NCBI GenBank assembly: GCA_047601445.1
Contig: JASGJH010000001.1
Location: forward strand, 1,632,001 to 1,696,000
Reading direction: 5' to 3'
Source: Myxococcales bacterium
GTDB taxonomy: Bacteria > Myxococcota_A > Polyangia > Polyangiales > DASUME01
DNA length: 64,000 bases
Part shown: positions 20,793-29,564 of the stretch, in pieces
Numbering within the stretch: the first letter of the stretch is position 1
Layout of the letters: each line of letters begins with the position of its first letter
Notes under the pieces: generated by a model
Database searches by the model: none
What the model was told of the DNA's origin: nothing
The model's input: only the letters and a program-made list of their open reading frames with translations
Made by a program: the position numbers and the translations under genes

Positions 20793-21593
20793 ATGAACTC
20801 GACCAACTCCAGTCGTAGTCAAACGGCGCTCGTAACGGGCGCCTCCACTGGCATCGGAGTCGACCTCGCCGAGTGTTTTGCGCGCGACGGCTACGATCTG
20901 ATCCTCGTCGCACGCAGCGACGGACCGTTGCGCGAGGTGGCCAGCCGGCTCGCCAGCGCCCACGGCGTGCGCGCCGTGCCCATCGCGCAAGACCTCGCAA
21001 AAATCGGCGGCGGCAGCGAACTCGCGCGCTCCGTGGCGAGCGCGGGCTTGCAGGTCGACGTCTTGGTGAACAACGCGGGCTACGGCGACGCAGCCCCTCT
21101 CGCCGAGTCCGAACTCGACACCCAGCTCGGCATGGTGGATCTGAACATTCGCGCGCTGCTCGAGCTCACGCACCTGTACTGGCCCAGCATGCTCAAGAGC
21201 GGCCGCGGTGGCGTGCTGAATGTCGCGTCCACGGCCGCCTTCCAGCCCGGCCCCTTCATGGCCACCTACTACGCCTCCAAGGCCTTCGTGCTCTCCTTCT
21301 CGGAAGCGCTCTGGGAGGAGGCGCGTGGCACGGGTGTGCACGTGAGTTGTCTCTGCCCCGGACCCACGGTCAGCCAGTTCCGTCAGCGCGCCGGCACCGA
21401 CAAGAAGAAGCTCAGCCAGGCCGCGACCCCGATGAGCTCCGCCGAAGTCGCCGAGCTCGGCTACCAGGCCTTCAAGCACAACAAGCGCGTCGAGATCACG
21501 GGACTGCGCAACCGAGCCCTGGCCGCAGCCGTACCCTTCGTGCCTCGCAAGACGCTGCTGGGCATGGTGCGCAATCTCCAATCCCCCATCTGA
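20793..21593 (+). CDS. Short-chain dehydrogenase/reductase
   Basis: TGASTGIG, NNAG, YYASKA. Confidence 0.93.
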   Translation: MNSTNSSRSQTALVTGASTGIGVDLAECFARDGYDLILVARSDGPLREVASRLASAHGVRAVPIAQDLAKIGGGSELARSVASAGLQVDVLVNNAGYGDAAPLAESELDTQLGMVDLNIRALLELTHLYWPSMLKSGRGGVLNVASTAAFQPGPFMATYYASKAFVLSFSEALWEEARGTGVHVSCLCPGPTVSQFRQRAGTDKKKLSQAATPMSSAEVAELGYQAFKHNKRVEITGLRNRALAAAVPFVPRKTLLGMVRNLQSPI

Positions 21594-21773
21594 GACCTAC
21601 TAGTGCGCTCCTTGTTTGTGGCCGGCGCTGCGGGGGCGCAGGGGCGTCGTGGCTGCCAGAGGGCGCTTTGTCGGTCGGTGGGAGCGCTTCGATGGGAGTC
21701 GGTGGCGGTTCGATGGCCGGCGCACCTGTGGGGATGAAGTTCCCCCGGTTCCGTTGACACGCAGGAGAGACCC

Positions 21774-22112
21774 ATGCGTGTTCAGAAGCAGCAGCGCTAC
21801 ACAGATGAGTTCAAGGCAGAGACGATCGCGCTGATGAAGCGAGACGACCGGACTTTCGCGCAATTGGCCGCGGATTTGGGGATAAACAAGTGGACCCTGC
21901 GGGAGTGGTACAACAGGGACCAGATGGCCAAGAAGAGCAAGCGAAAGCCGGGAGCACCTGTAGCTCCGGCTCCCTCTCAGGAGACGGCAGAGGAGAAGGC
22001 TGCGCGGCTGGAGCGTGAGAACGAGCGGCTGCGCAAGAAGGTCGAAACCCTCGAGATGGACCGCGAAATCCTAAAAAAAGCGGCAGCCTTCTTCGCGAAG
22101 GAAAGCGAATGA
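21774..22112 (+). CDS. IS3 transposase OrfA
   Basis: YTDEFKAETI HTH, leucine zipper, ILKKAAAFFAK; A7G slippery site 22073-22080. Confidence 0.95.
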   Translation: MRVQKQQRYTDEFKAETIALMKRDDRTFAQLAADLGINKWTLREWYNRDQMAKKSKRKPGAPVAPAPSQETAEEKAARLERENERLRKKVETLEMDREILKKAAAFFAKESE

Positions 22113-22984
22113 GGTTCGCCTTCATCCACGCGGAGAAGGCGAACTTCCCGGTGTCAGCGCTGTGCCGGAACCTGCAGGTGACCCGGCAGGGGTACTACGC
22201 GTTCGCGAGTCGCCCGCCGAGTCCCCGTGCGGACCAGGACCGGGCCCTCTTGGAACGGGTCGGCCAGGTGCACGCGGAGAGCCGCAACGCCTACGGAAGT
22301 CCGCGAGTTCGAAAGGAACTCCGACGTCGTGGCATTCGGGTCGGCAAACGCCGGGTGGAGCGCGCCATGCGGAGCTTGGGGCTCTGCGCCCGGCCTCGTC
22401 GCCGGTTCCGTGTGACCACCGCTGCAAATCCGCGGCATCCAGTCGAGCCTAACGTGCTCAACCGCGAGTTCCGCGCCGAACGTCCCAATCAGCGCTGGGT
22501 GACGGACATCTCGTACGTCTGGACCGACGAGGGCTGGTGCTACCTCGCTGTCATCATCGACCTGTTTTCCAGGACCGTCGTGGGCTGGGCGCTGGACGCC
22601 ATGCTCTCGACCCAGCTGCCCCTCGCAGCGCTGGACATGGCGCTTCGGCGCCGTCGTCCCGACGCAGCAGGCCTGCTCCACCATTCTGACCGGGGCTGCC
22701 AGTACACGAGTCAGGAATACCGCTCTGAGCTCGCCCAGCGTGGGCTCTCGGTCAGCATGAGCCGCAAAGGCAACTGCTGGGATAACGCGGTCGCCGAGAG
22801 CTTCTTTTCAACCATCAAGGCCGAGCTAATTCATGGTCGACGTTGGGCCGGGCGCCTTGAGCTTCGGTCGGCGGTCTTCGAGTACATCGAGGTCTTCTAC
22901 AATCGGCGGAGGCTTCATTCGTCACTGGGGTATCGAACCCCAGCCGAGTTCGAGAAGGACTACACTGCGGCTCAGGCCGCCTAA
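22109..22984 (+). CDS. IS3 transposase OrfB (DDE)
   Basis: WVTDISY, HHSDRGCQY, CWDNAVAESFF, YNRRRLHSSLGY. Confidence 0.97.
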   Translation: MRFAFIHAEKANFPVSALCRNLQVTRQGYYAFASRPPSPRADQDRALLERVGQVHAESRNAYGSPRVRKELRRRGIRVGKRRVERAMRSLGLCARPRRRFRVTTAANPRHPVEPNVLNREFRAERPNQRWVTDISYVWTDEGWCYLAVIIDLFSRTVVGWALDAMLSTQLPLAALDMALRRRRPDAAGLLHHSDRGCQYTSQEYRSELAQRGLSVSMSRKGNCWDNAVAESFFSTIKAELIHGRRWAGRLELRSAVFEYIEVFYNRRRLHSSLGYRTPAEFEKDYTAAQAA

Positions 22985-23292
22985 GCAGGTGTCAACGGAT
23001 TCGAGGGAAGCTCAGGGACGCATGTTCGACAAAGCGCGCACTCTCTTCGCCACGACGCCCCTGCGCCTCCTCGCGCGACCCGAGTTCGCAGGAGCGAACT
23101 CGGGCGGTTGGGAGAGTTGGAGGCGTTCGATTTAGCGAACGCAAAGCAGGGCGCACAGGGCGCGCTGGATGAAATCGGCGGCCGCTTTGCTTGGTGTTTT
23201 TCCCAAGTGAACGGTCGTGAGTACCAGACCATTTGTGGACTCGAGTCCACTCGAGCACAATCCAAGCCCTTTCGAGCGCAACAGCAACCAGC

Positions 23293-23328
23293 GAACCCGA
23301 TCACCTGACGGAACCCGATCACCTCACG
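23293..23328. repeat. 18-bp tandem duplication gaacccgatcacct(g/c)acg x2
   Basis: Directly visible in the spacer between the two palindromic elements. Confidence 0.8.
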
Positions 23329-23533
23329 GTCAACGCGCAGCCCCCCACTCTTTGCGTTCGTCGAACCAACGCCCTCACTTCTCCTCAACGTTCCCGGCCC
23401 CAGTTCGCTCCCGCGAACTGGGGTCGCGCGAGGAGGCCCAGGGACGCTATGGCGGAGCGAGCGCTTTGTCGAACATGCGTCCTCACAGGTGCGCTGAAGC
23501 TCCCCCAGTTCCGTTGACACGCAGGAGAAACTG

Positions 23534-23872
23534 ATGCGTGTTCGGAAGCACAACAAGTACACCGATGAGTTCAAGGCAGAGACGATCGCGCTGATGAAGC
23601 GGGACGACCGCAGTTTTGCCCAGTTGTCCGTGGATTTAGGCATCAGCAGCTGGACCTTGCGGGAGTGGTACAACAGAGACGAGATGGCCAAGAAGAGCAA
23701 GCGGAAGCCGGGGGTACCGGTCGCTCCGGTACCTGCTGCTGAAACGGCAGAGGAGAAGGCGGCCCGGCTGGAGCGGGAGAACGAGCGGTTACGCAAGAAG
23801 GTGGAGTCGCTCGAAATGGACCGCGAAATCCTAAAAAAAGCGGCAGCCTTCTTCGCGAAGGAAAGCGAATGA
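23534..23872 (+). CDS. IS3 transposase OrfA
   Basis: Paralog of 21774-22112; A7G at 23833-23840. Confidence 0.95.
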   Translation: MRVRKHNKYTDEFKAETIALMKRDDRSFAQLSVDLGISSWTLREWYNRDEMAKKSKRKPGVPVAPVPAAETAEEKAARLERENERLRKKVESLEMDREILKKAAAFFAKESE

Positions 23873-24744
23873 GGTTCGCCTTCATCCACGCGGAGAAGGC
23901 GAACTTCCCGGTGTCAGCGCTGTGCCGGAACCTGCAGGTGACCCGGCAGGGGTACTACGCGTTCGCGAGTCGCCCGCCGAGTCCCCGTGCGGACCAGGAC
24001 CGGGCCCTCTTGGAACGGGTCGGCCAGGTGCACGCGGAGAGCCGCAACGCCTACGGAAGTCCGCGAGTTCGAAAGGAACTCCGACGTCGTGGCATTCGGG
24101 TCGGCAAACGCCGGGTGGAGCGCGCCATGCGGAGCTTGGGGCTCTGCGCCCGGCCTCGTCGCCGGTTCCGTGTGACCACCGCTGCAAATCCGCGGCATCC
24201 AGTCGAGCCTAACGTGCTCAACCGCGAGTTCCGCGCCGAACGTCCCAATCAGCGCTGGGTGACGGACATCTCGTACGTCTGGACCGACGAGGGCTGGTGC
24301 TACCTCGCTGTCATCATCGACCTGTTTTCCAGGACCGTCGTGGGCTGGGCTCTGGACGCCATGCTCTCGACCCAGCTGCCCCTCGCAGCGCTGGACATGG
24401 CGCTTCGGCGCCGTCGTCCCGACGCAGCAGGCCTGCTCCACCACTCTGACCGGGGCTGCCAGTACACGAGTCAGGAATACCGCTCATCGCTCGCCCAGCA
24501 CGGGCTCTCGGTCAGCATGAGCCGCAAGGGCAACTGCTGGGATAACGCGGTCGCGGAGAGCTTCTTTTCGACCATCAAGGCCGAGCTAATTCACGGCCGA
24601 CGTTGGGCCGGACGCCTTGAGCTCCGGTCCGCAGTCTTCGAGTACATCGAGGTCTTCTACAATCGGCGGAGGCTACATTCGTCACTGGGGTATCGGACCC
24701 CAGCCGAGTTCGAGAACGATTACACTGCGGCTCAGGCCGCCTAA
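23869..24744 (+). CDS. IS3 transposase OrfB (DDE)
   Basis: Near-identical to 22109-22984. Confidence 0.97.
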   Translation: MRFAFIHAEKANFPVSALCRNLQVTRQGYYAFASRPPSPRADQDRALLERVGQVHAESRNAYGSPRVRKELRRRGIRVGKRRVERAMRSLGLCARPRRRFRVTTAANPRHPVEPNVLNREFRAERPNQRWVTDISYVWTDEGWCYLAVIIDLFSRTVVGWALDAMLSTQLPLAALDMALRRRRPDAAGLLHHSDRGCQYTSQEYRSSLAQHGLSVSMSRKGNCWDNAVAESFFSTIKAELIHGRRWAGRLELRSAVFEYIEVFYNRRRLHSSLGYRTPAEFENDYTAAQAA

Positions 24745-24926
24745 GCAAGTGTCAACGGATTCGAGGGAAGCCCATGCGCCGGCCATCAAACCGCCACCGA
24801 CTCCCACCCAACCGCTCCCCACGACCGACAAAGCGCCCTCGCGCAGCCATAGCGTCCCTGGGCCCCGCGGCGCCGGCCACAACCAAGGAGCCCACCAAGT
24901 AAGGGGACGTTGAGGAAAGAAAGGCG

Positions 24927-25457
24927 TCACCAGCGGAGCATGGGAAACGGATTGCCGTGGCGCAGCAGCTGCCGGATGGAGAGCTGCACCAGGCGCCCAT
25001 GAAACCCCGCATCGGGAAAAGCCGCGAACAACTCGCGGACGAAGCCGTAGCGCGTGCCAAAGCGCCAGAGTCCCAAGCTAACGTCGGTCCAGTCTGCGCG
25101 GCGAAACGGCTCCACGAGCCCTGCGTGCTGACCGCGATAGGAACGCAGCTTGTGGTGTTCGCCGATCATGGCCTCGATCTCCGGCACCCAATCGGCGCGC
25201 TGACCCGGTGTCAGGTAGCCGCGCGCCAGAGCAACCGAAGGCCCGAGGTAGTCGAAGGTACCCGCTGTCCAGATGCCAATATCGTGGAACGCGGTGGCGA
25301 TGGCGACCTTCTCGAGCTGCGCTGCGCTGCCTGCTCCTTGCGCGGCGCACAGGTTGAGCACCCGATAGGCGTGGTTGCGGTACGCCGTGAAGTCGCGGCC
25401 GAGCGCATGCGCGTGAGCATTCAGGAGTTCGTCGAGGAGCGCGACTTGAGTGAGCAT
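24927..25457 (-). CDS. HD-domain phosphohydrolase-like protein
   Basis: YRNHAYRV, FHDIGIW, EHHK, FRRADW. Confidence 0.75.
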   Translation of the reverse strand: MLTQVALLDELLNAHAHALGRDFTAYRNHAYRVLNLCAAQGAGSAAQLEKVAIATAFHDIGIWTAGTFDYLGPSVALARGYLTPGQRADWVPEIEAMIGEHHKLRSYRGQHAGLVEPFRRADWTDVSLGLWRFGTRYGFVRELFAAFPDAGFHGRLVQLSIRQLLRHGNPFPMLRW

Positions 25458-25491
25458 GGGTGGACTTCCCTGTGGGTTTGACGCGCGGCGC

Positions 25492-26448
25492 TCAAGGCGA
25501 GGCGAACACCGACTCGAGCAAGGGATTGATGATCTCCGGTCGCGTGAAGTGCATCATATGTCCGCCCTCCACTTCGCTGAAACGCACGTCTCCGCCAGCG
25601 AGCCGCATGATCTCGAAGAGGCGACGGGCATAGGCAAGACCGACCAAGGCATCCGCACGCGCGTGGATGAACCAGACGGGTACCCGCACGCGGGATGCGT
25701 ACTCGGCGACCTTGCGGCATGGATCGTCACCCGCAAGCCGCGCCATGGTTCCGAGCACATGGGGCGGCATGCCCAGGCTCTCCGCCACGACAGACGGCGA
25801 CACGGGATCGGGGGCGAAGCTGGTGCGCATGGCCGCTCGGAGCACCCAGGCTAGCGAGCGCTCCTTCAAGCCGCCCGGCGCGGCGCGAACGGCCGCCGCA
25901 TCGAGCCCTGCCGTCGCGAGATCTCGAATGGGCGCCAGCAGATTGGCCAGCGAGACCAACACACGTTCGAGCCCGGGCAAGGCGAGCACACGATAGGCAA
26001 GGTGCGCAGGCGTACCGCCGGTCCCCAGCAGCACCACGCTTCGCACGCGCTCGGGCGCCCGGGCCGCCAGCGCCAGGGCGACCATGCCTCCGTGGCTCTG
26101 GCCGATGACGTCCACCTGCTCCTCCCACCCCACGCGGTCGAGCAGCGCGAGCGCGATATCCGCGCTGCGCTCCAGGCTGTGTCGTGAGTCGGCAAAGTCG
26201 TCGCTACGCCCCAGACCCGGCTGGTCGTAGGCCAGCACGTGGGCGTGTCGGCGCAGGGCGGGCACGTTATGGATCCAGTGATCGAGATGGGATGGATTGC
26301 CGTGGATCAGCAGCACCCGTCGTGGAGCGCTGACGCCGCGCTGCGGTGCAAGCTGCGTGAAGCACAGACGCACCGGTCCCGTCGGCTCCGCGCCCACCAG
26401 CGCATGGCCCGCAGAGGAGTAGAGGCTGACGCACTGGAGCGAGGACAC
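25492..26448 (-). CDS. Alpha/beta-fold hydrolase
   Basis: LLIHGNP, DQPGLGRS, GQSHGG nucleophile elbow, GGHM. Confidence 0.88.
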   Translation of the reverse strand: MSSLQCVSLYSSAGHALVGAEPTGPVRLCFTQLAPQRGVSAPRRVLLIHGNPSHLDHWIHNVPALRRHAHVLAYDQPGLGRSDDFADSRHSLERSADIALALLDRVGWEEQVDVIGQSHGGMVALALAARAPERVRSVVLLGTGGTPAHLAYRVLALPGLERVLVSLANLLAPIRDLATAGLDAAAVRAAPGGLKERSLAWVLRAAMRTSFAPDPVSPSVVAESLGMPPHVLGTMARLAGDDPCRKVAEYASRVRVPVWFIHARADALVGLAYARRLFEIMRLAGGDVRFSEVEGGHMMHFTRPEIINPLLESVFASP

Positions 26449-26549
26449 CCGGCTACTTTACCCAGCCCATGCAGCCAGGTCACGGGCACCGTCGCCTAAA
26501 CGTCGCTTGGCGGTCGATCGATCCATCGATGCGCTCGAACCAGCCGGCC

Positions 26550-27272
26550 CTACGGACACGCCTTGCCAGAGTTGTTGCGGAGGGGCTCGACCGGGCCAGA
26601 CGCCACGCCATTTGCGATCAACTGCAGACGCAGCGCCTCGAGGTCGCATGCCGACACGGCGGTGTCCTGGATGTCCGCCCAATCCAGCTCGGTGATGTGG
26701 CCGAGCGCGCTCACGTCGTGGAGCAACGGCGCGCCGTCGAAGTGGATCATCGAGAGCGATCGCAGGTGCTCGAGCCCGCGCAGCGTTTCAAGCTTGGCCG
26801 CGTCGAAGACCTCCAGGTCGCCGTCGATGGTCTCCAGGCATCCGAGGTCCTCCAAGCTCTTTAGATCGTCGGCCGTGATGGTCACCCAGGCCGCCTTGGT
26901 ATATCCGCGTAGCTTGAGCGCGTCGGCGGCGGACTTGATCTGTGCGGTGCTAGAACCGTAGTCACCCTTGTCGCAGGCAAAGCTCGGCTTGGGCGGCTTG
27001 GGCGTATCTCCACCGGGTCCCGCGTCTCGTGGGGTCTCTCCGGCGTCGTGCGCGCCCCCAGCGTCCTGCCTACCCTTGCCGCCATCCTGAGGACCGCGGC
27101 CTGCATCTTCGTCGTCCTCTACTTCGGCGTCCCCGGTATCCGGCCCCGCGTCGAGGCCCTCGTCGCCATGCTGCGTTCGACCCGCGTCGAGTGGCCCGCG
27201 CGTCGGCGAATCGCCGCCGTCGCCGCAAGCCGCGAGTGCCAGAGTGAGCGTGATGAGTGAAAGGGTTCGCAT
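26550..27272 (-). CDS. Lipoprotein with DAG linker and receptor-L/LRR-like C-terminal domain
   Basis: LALAAC lipobox; LKSLEDLGCLETIDGDL..LETLRGLEHLRSL repeats. Confidence 0.65.
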   Translation of the reverse strand: MRTLSLITLTLALAACGDGGDSPTRGPLDAGRTQHGDEGLDAGPDTGDAEVEDDEDAGRGPQDGGKGRQDAGGAHDAGETPRDAGPGGDTPKPPKPSFACDKGDYGSSTAQIKSAADALKLRGYTKAAWVTITADDLKSLEDLGCLETIDGDLEVFDAAKLETLRGLEHLRSLSMIHFDGAPLLHDVSALGHITELDWADIQDTAVSACDLEALRLQLIANGVASGPVEPLRNNSGKACP

Positions 27273-27581
27273 CGACATGGACGCGATCTGGCTCACCAAA
27301 CTAGGCCCTCGCAAGGCCAGATCACCCCGAGCGACGCCTTGGCACCAACAAGAGCGGACGCCCGATCCAAGACGTGGCGAGCTCCACACGCAGGGTCCAT
27401 AGCCGCAGGCGCATGCCCCATAGCCGAAGGCCGAAAGCACAGCGTTCGAGGGCGCTCATGGCTCCCCTCGCCCGGAGGCCGAGCCGCGCCTGGAATTGAG
27501 GTGCGATTGCATGGGAGGACGCTAGCAAGCATTGCGGACAGGAACGGTCCGCAATGAAAAGGCCCTAGGACGACGTCTCGG

Positions 27582-28463
27582 TCACGCCGCTTCGCGCTCC
27601 TTGCGTGCGACGATGAACCAGGTGCTCGAAGGAAGGAACACTCCTTCCTCGCGCAAATGCGGCAGAAACAGTTCCCGCAAGCGCGCTCGAATTTCGGGTA
27701 GCAGCCGCTGCCCCTCGGCCCCCGCCTCGCGAACAATCTCCCCGGAAGGCCCCACGAGGATCTGATAGTCGATGGCCTCTTCCAACGTCGTACCCACGCA
27801 GATGTCCGCATCCACCTGCTCGAAGCGCTCCACGGTGTGAAAGCCGGCAGCCCTCAGCATCGCGCGGTCGGTCTCCTCATCGGACCACGCGAAGGGCCCC
27901 GGTCCACAGGTCTGCGCTGCGTCGCCCGGAGGCGGCAGAAACTCGCGCACCACGGCCTTCGCCGCACCCCATGCAGGATTGTGCGCCAGGGATCTCCACA
28001 CCAACAGCGCCAGCGTTCCGCCCGGCACCATGGCCCTGTGAATGTTGCGCAGCGCTCGCACGCTGCTGTCGAAGAACATCACGCCGAAGCGAGCATAGGC
28101 GAGGTCATAGTGCGCCGACCGCAGCGGATGCACCTGAGCGTCGCCGAGTTCGTAACGCACATGGCCAACCCCCGAGGCGAGGCGCTCGCGCTCCGCGATG
28201 TCGAGGAATGCCTGCGTGCAGTCCAGGCCCAAGACCTCGCCGGCAGGCCCGACCCGTTGGCCGAGTTCGAGAGTGGTCTCACCGAAGCCACAACCGAAGT
28301 CGAGCACGCGCGCCCCCGCTTTCACGGGCAGCGACGGCATGGTGAGCTCGCTATGGCGTTGGCCGTTGCCCGAGAGCAGGTGACGAAAACGGATCCATTT
28401 GGGCGTCAGGATCTCGTTCCAGCAATGGATGAACTCGGTGTTTTCTGGGGCCCAGGTGCTCAT
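27582..28463 (-). CDS. Class I SAM-dependent methyltransferase
   Basis: VLDFGCGFG, ARFGVMFF, PGPFA. Confidence 0.9.
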   Translation of the reverse strand: MSTWAPENTEFIHCWNEILTPKWIRFRHLLSGNGQRHSELTMPSLPVKAGARVLDFGCGFGETTLELGQRVGPAGEVLGLDCTQAFLDIAERERLASGVGHVRYELGDAQVHPLRSAHYDLAYARFGVMFFDSSVRALRNIHRAMVPGGTLALLVWRSLAHNPAWGAAKAVVREFLPPPGDAAQTCGPGPFAWSDEETDRAMLRAAGFHTVERFEQVDADICVGTTLEEAIDYQILVGPSGEIVREAGAEGQRLLPEIRARLRELFLPHLREEGVFLPSSTWFIVARKEREAA

Positions 28464-28628
28464 TGGCTCTCCTCGCCACCCCACGTGGGCGGCTCGCTGA
28501 GAGCATGTACGCGCCCCCCGACCTCGCGTCCCTTGCCGTCCGTCCGGAACGCATACCCCATTCACCGGCAGTGACGGCGACGCTCCGAAATCGCGGCTCC
28601 TGCCCGCTTTACCGCCGGTGGCGCACGC

Positions 28629-29561
28629 CTAGCCCGGCCACGGCCCCCGCTCGGCCGACAGCTCGATGACCGCCTCACGCGCGATGTAGGGCACGTAACG
28701 GAAGTCGCGAATCAGGGCCACGCGCTCGTCGACGAGGGTGAGCTCCACGAAGTAGCCGGGCCGCATGTCCTCGGCACGCCGAAACACGGCGATGACTTCG
28801 CGTCCCTCGAGCATCGCAGGCACCATGTGCCAGTCGTGCTTGGTGGCGTAGTTGCTGGTGTAGCTCTCCACCTCGCGCCCGCTGCGGCGAGCCCTCGAGA
28901 CCAAGTCGAGCCGGACATCCTCGGCGAGCAACGCGCGCACACCTTCCCAATCGCGCGCATTGAACAGGCGCGCGTAGCGTGCGACCACAGGCGAAGGCGC
29001 AGACGGTTTGGCCGGTCCGTTCGACTCCGCTGCCTCTTGCTCCTGCCGCAGCCGTGCGCGTCCGCGATGTAAGGCGGCCTTGACCGCAGGCAGACTCAGC
29101 TCGAGCAACTCCGCGATGTCATCGAGCGAGTGACCGAGCACGTCCTTGAGGATCACCGCGCTGCGTTGGGCGGGCGGCAACTCCACGAACACCGAGATGG
29201 CTGCGTGCACGGCCTGGTCCTGCGACAGCGCTTGCTCCGGATCAGCGGCCCCATCGGCCACCGACTCGTGCACCACCTCGAGCGGCCGTCCCATGCGCCG
29301 GTCGTAGCGACGCAGATGATCGATGGCGCGGCTGTGGGCGATGCGAAACAGCCACGGACGCAGGGCCGGCAGCGACTCGAGCTCCGAGAGCCCATAGTAG
29401 GCGCGCGCAAGCGTCTCCTGCACCAGGTCCTCCCCGTCCGCCACGGAGCCCGTCATGCGCGCGCAATAGCGATGGAGCTCGGGGCGCACCTCTGCCACGA
29501 GCTCCAAGAAGCGCTCCCGTCCTTGCTGACGATCCTCGGTGAGCGAGCGGAAGTCGGTCAT
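28629..29561 (-). CDS. ECF sigma-70 factor with SnoaL-like C-terminal extension
   Basis: DGEDLVQETL, WLFRIAH, LPPAQRSAVILKDVLG, region 4 HTH, FNARDWEGVRALLAEDV. Confidence 0.9.
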   Translation of the reverse strand: MTDFRSLTEDRQQGRERFLELVAEVRPELHRYCARMTGSVADGEDLVQETLARAYYGLSELESLPALRPWLFRIAHSRAIDHLRRYDRRMGRPLEVVHESVADGAADPEQALSQDQAVHAAISVFVELPPAQRSAVILKDVLGHSLDDIAELLELSLPAVKAALHRGRARLRQEQEAAESNGPAKPSAPSPVVARYARLFNARDWEGVRALLAEDVRLDLVSRARRSGREVESYTSNYATKHDWHMVPAMLEGREVIAVFRRAEDMRPGYFVELTLVDERVALIRDFRYVPYIAREAVIELSAERGPWPG

Positions 29562-29564
29562 GGT

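Larger units (their letters stand above)
21735..23014 (+). mobile_element. IS3-family insertion sequence, copy 1 (1280 bp)
   Basis: TG..CA ends, 26-bp imperfect IRs (TGAAGTTCCCCCGGTTCCGTTGACAC / GTGTCAACGGATTCGAGGGAAGCTCA), 4-bp GGGA target duplication. Confidence 0.97.
21603..23146 (-). repeat. ~250-nt palindromic element, copy 1 (interrupted by IS3 copy 1)
   Basis: Perfect 19-bp stem 21635-21653/23049-23067, 11-bp stem gcgctttgtcg/cgacaaagcgc, hairpin at about 23079-23104. Confidence 0.85.
23495..24774 (+). mobile_element. IS3-family insertion sequence, copy 2 (1280 bp)
   Basis: IRs TGAAGCTCCCCCAGTTCCGTTGACAC / GTGTCAACGGATTCGAGGGAAGCCCA, 5-bp TGCGC target duplication. Confidence 0.97.
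23350..24924 (+). repeat. ~250-nt palindromic element, copy 2 (inverted relative to copy 1, interrupted by IS3 copy 2)
   Basis: Perfect 19-bp stem 23435-23453/24846-24864, stem 23461-23471/24826-24836, hairpin at about 23398-23423, outer tcctcaacgt/acgttgagga pairing. Confidence 0.85.

Noticed and set aside
22073..22080. A7G run as a sequencing error
   Set aside because: It is the canonical IS3 programmed -1 frameshift site and is present in both copies.
23293..23328. Possible CRISPR array
   Set aside because: Only two adjacent 18-bp units, with no spacers and no cas genes.
21735..24774. Composite transposon formed by the two IS3 copies
   Set aside because: Each copy has its own distinct target duplication and the outer flanks (GGGA, TGCGC) do not match, so these are independent insertions.
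21603..24924. Integron attC sites as the identity of the palindromes
   Set aside because: No clear RYYYAAC/GTTRRRY ends, no cassette array and no integrase.
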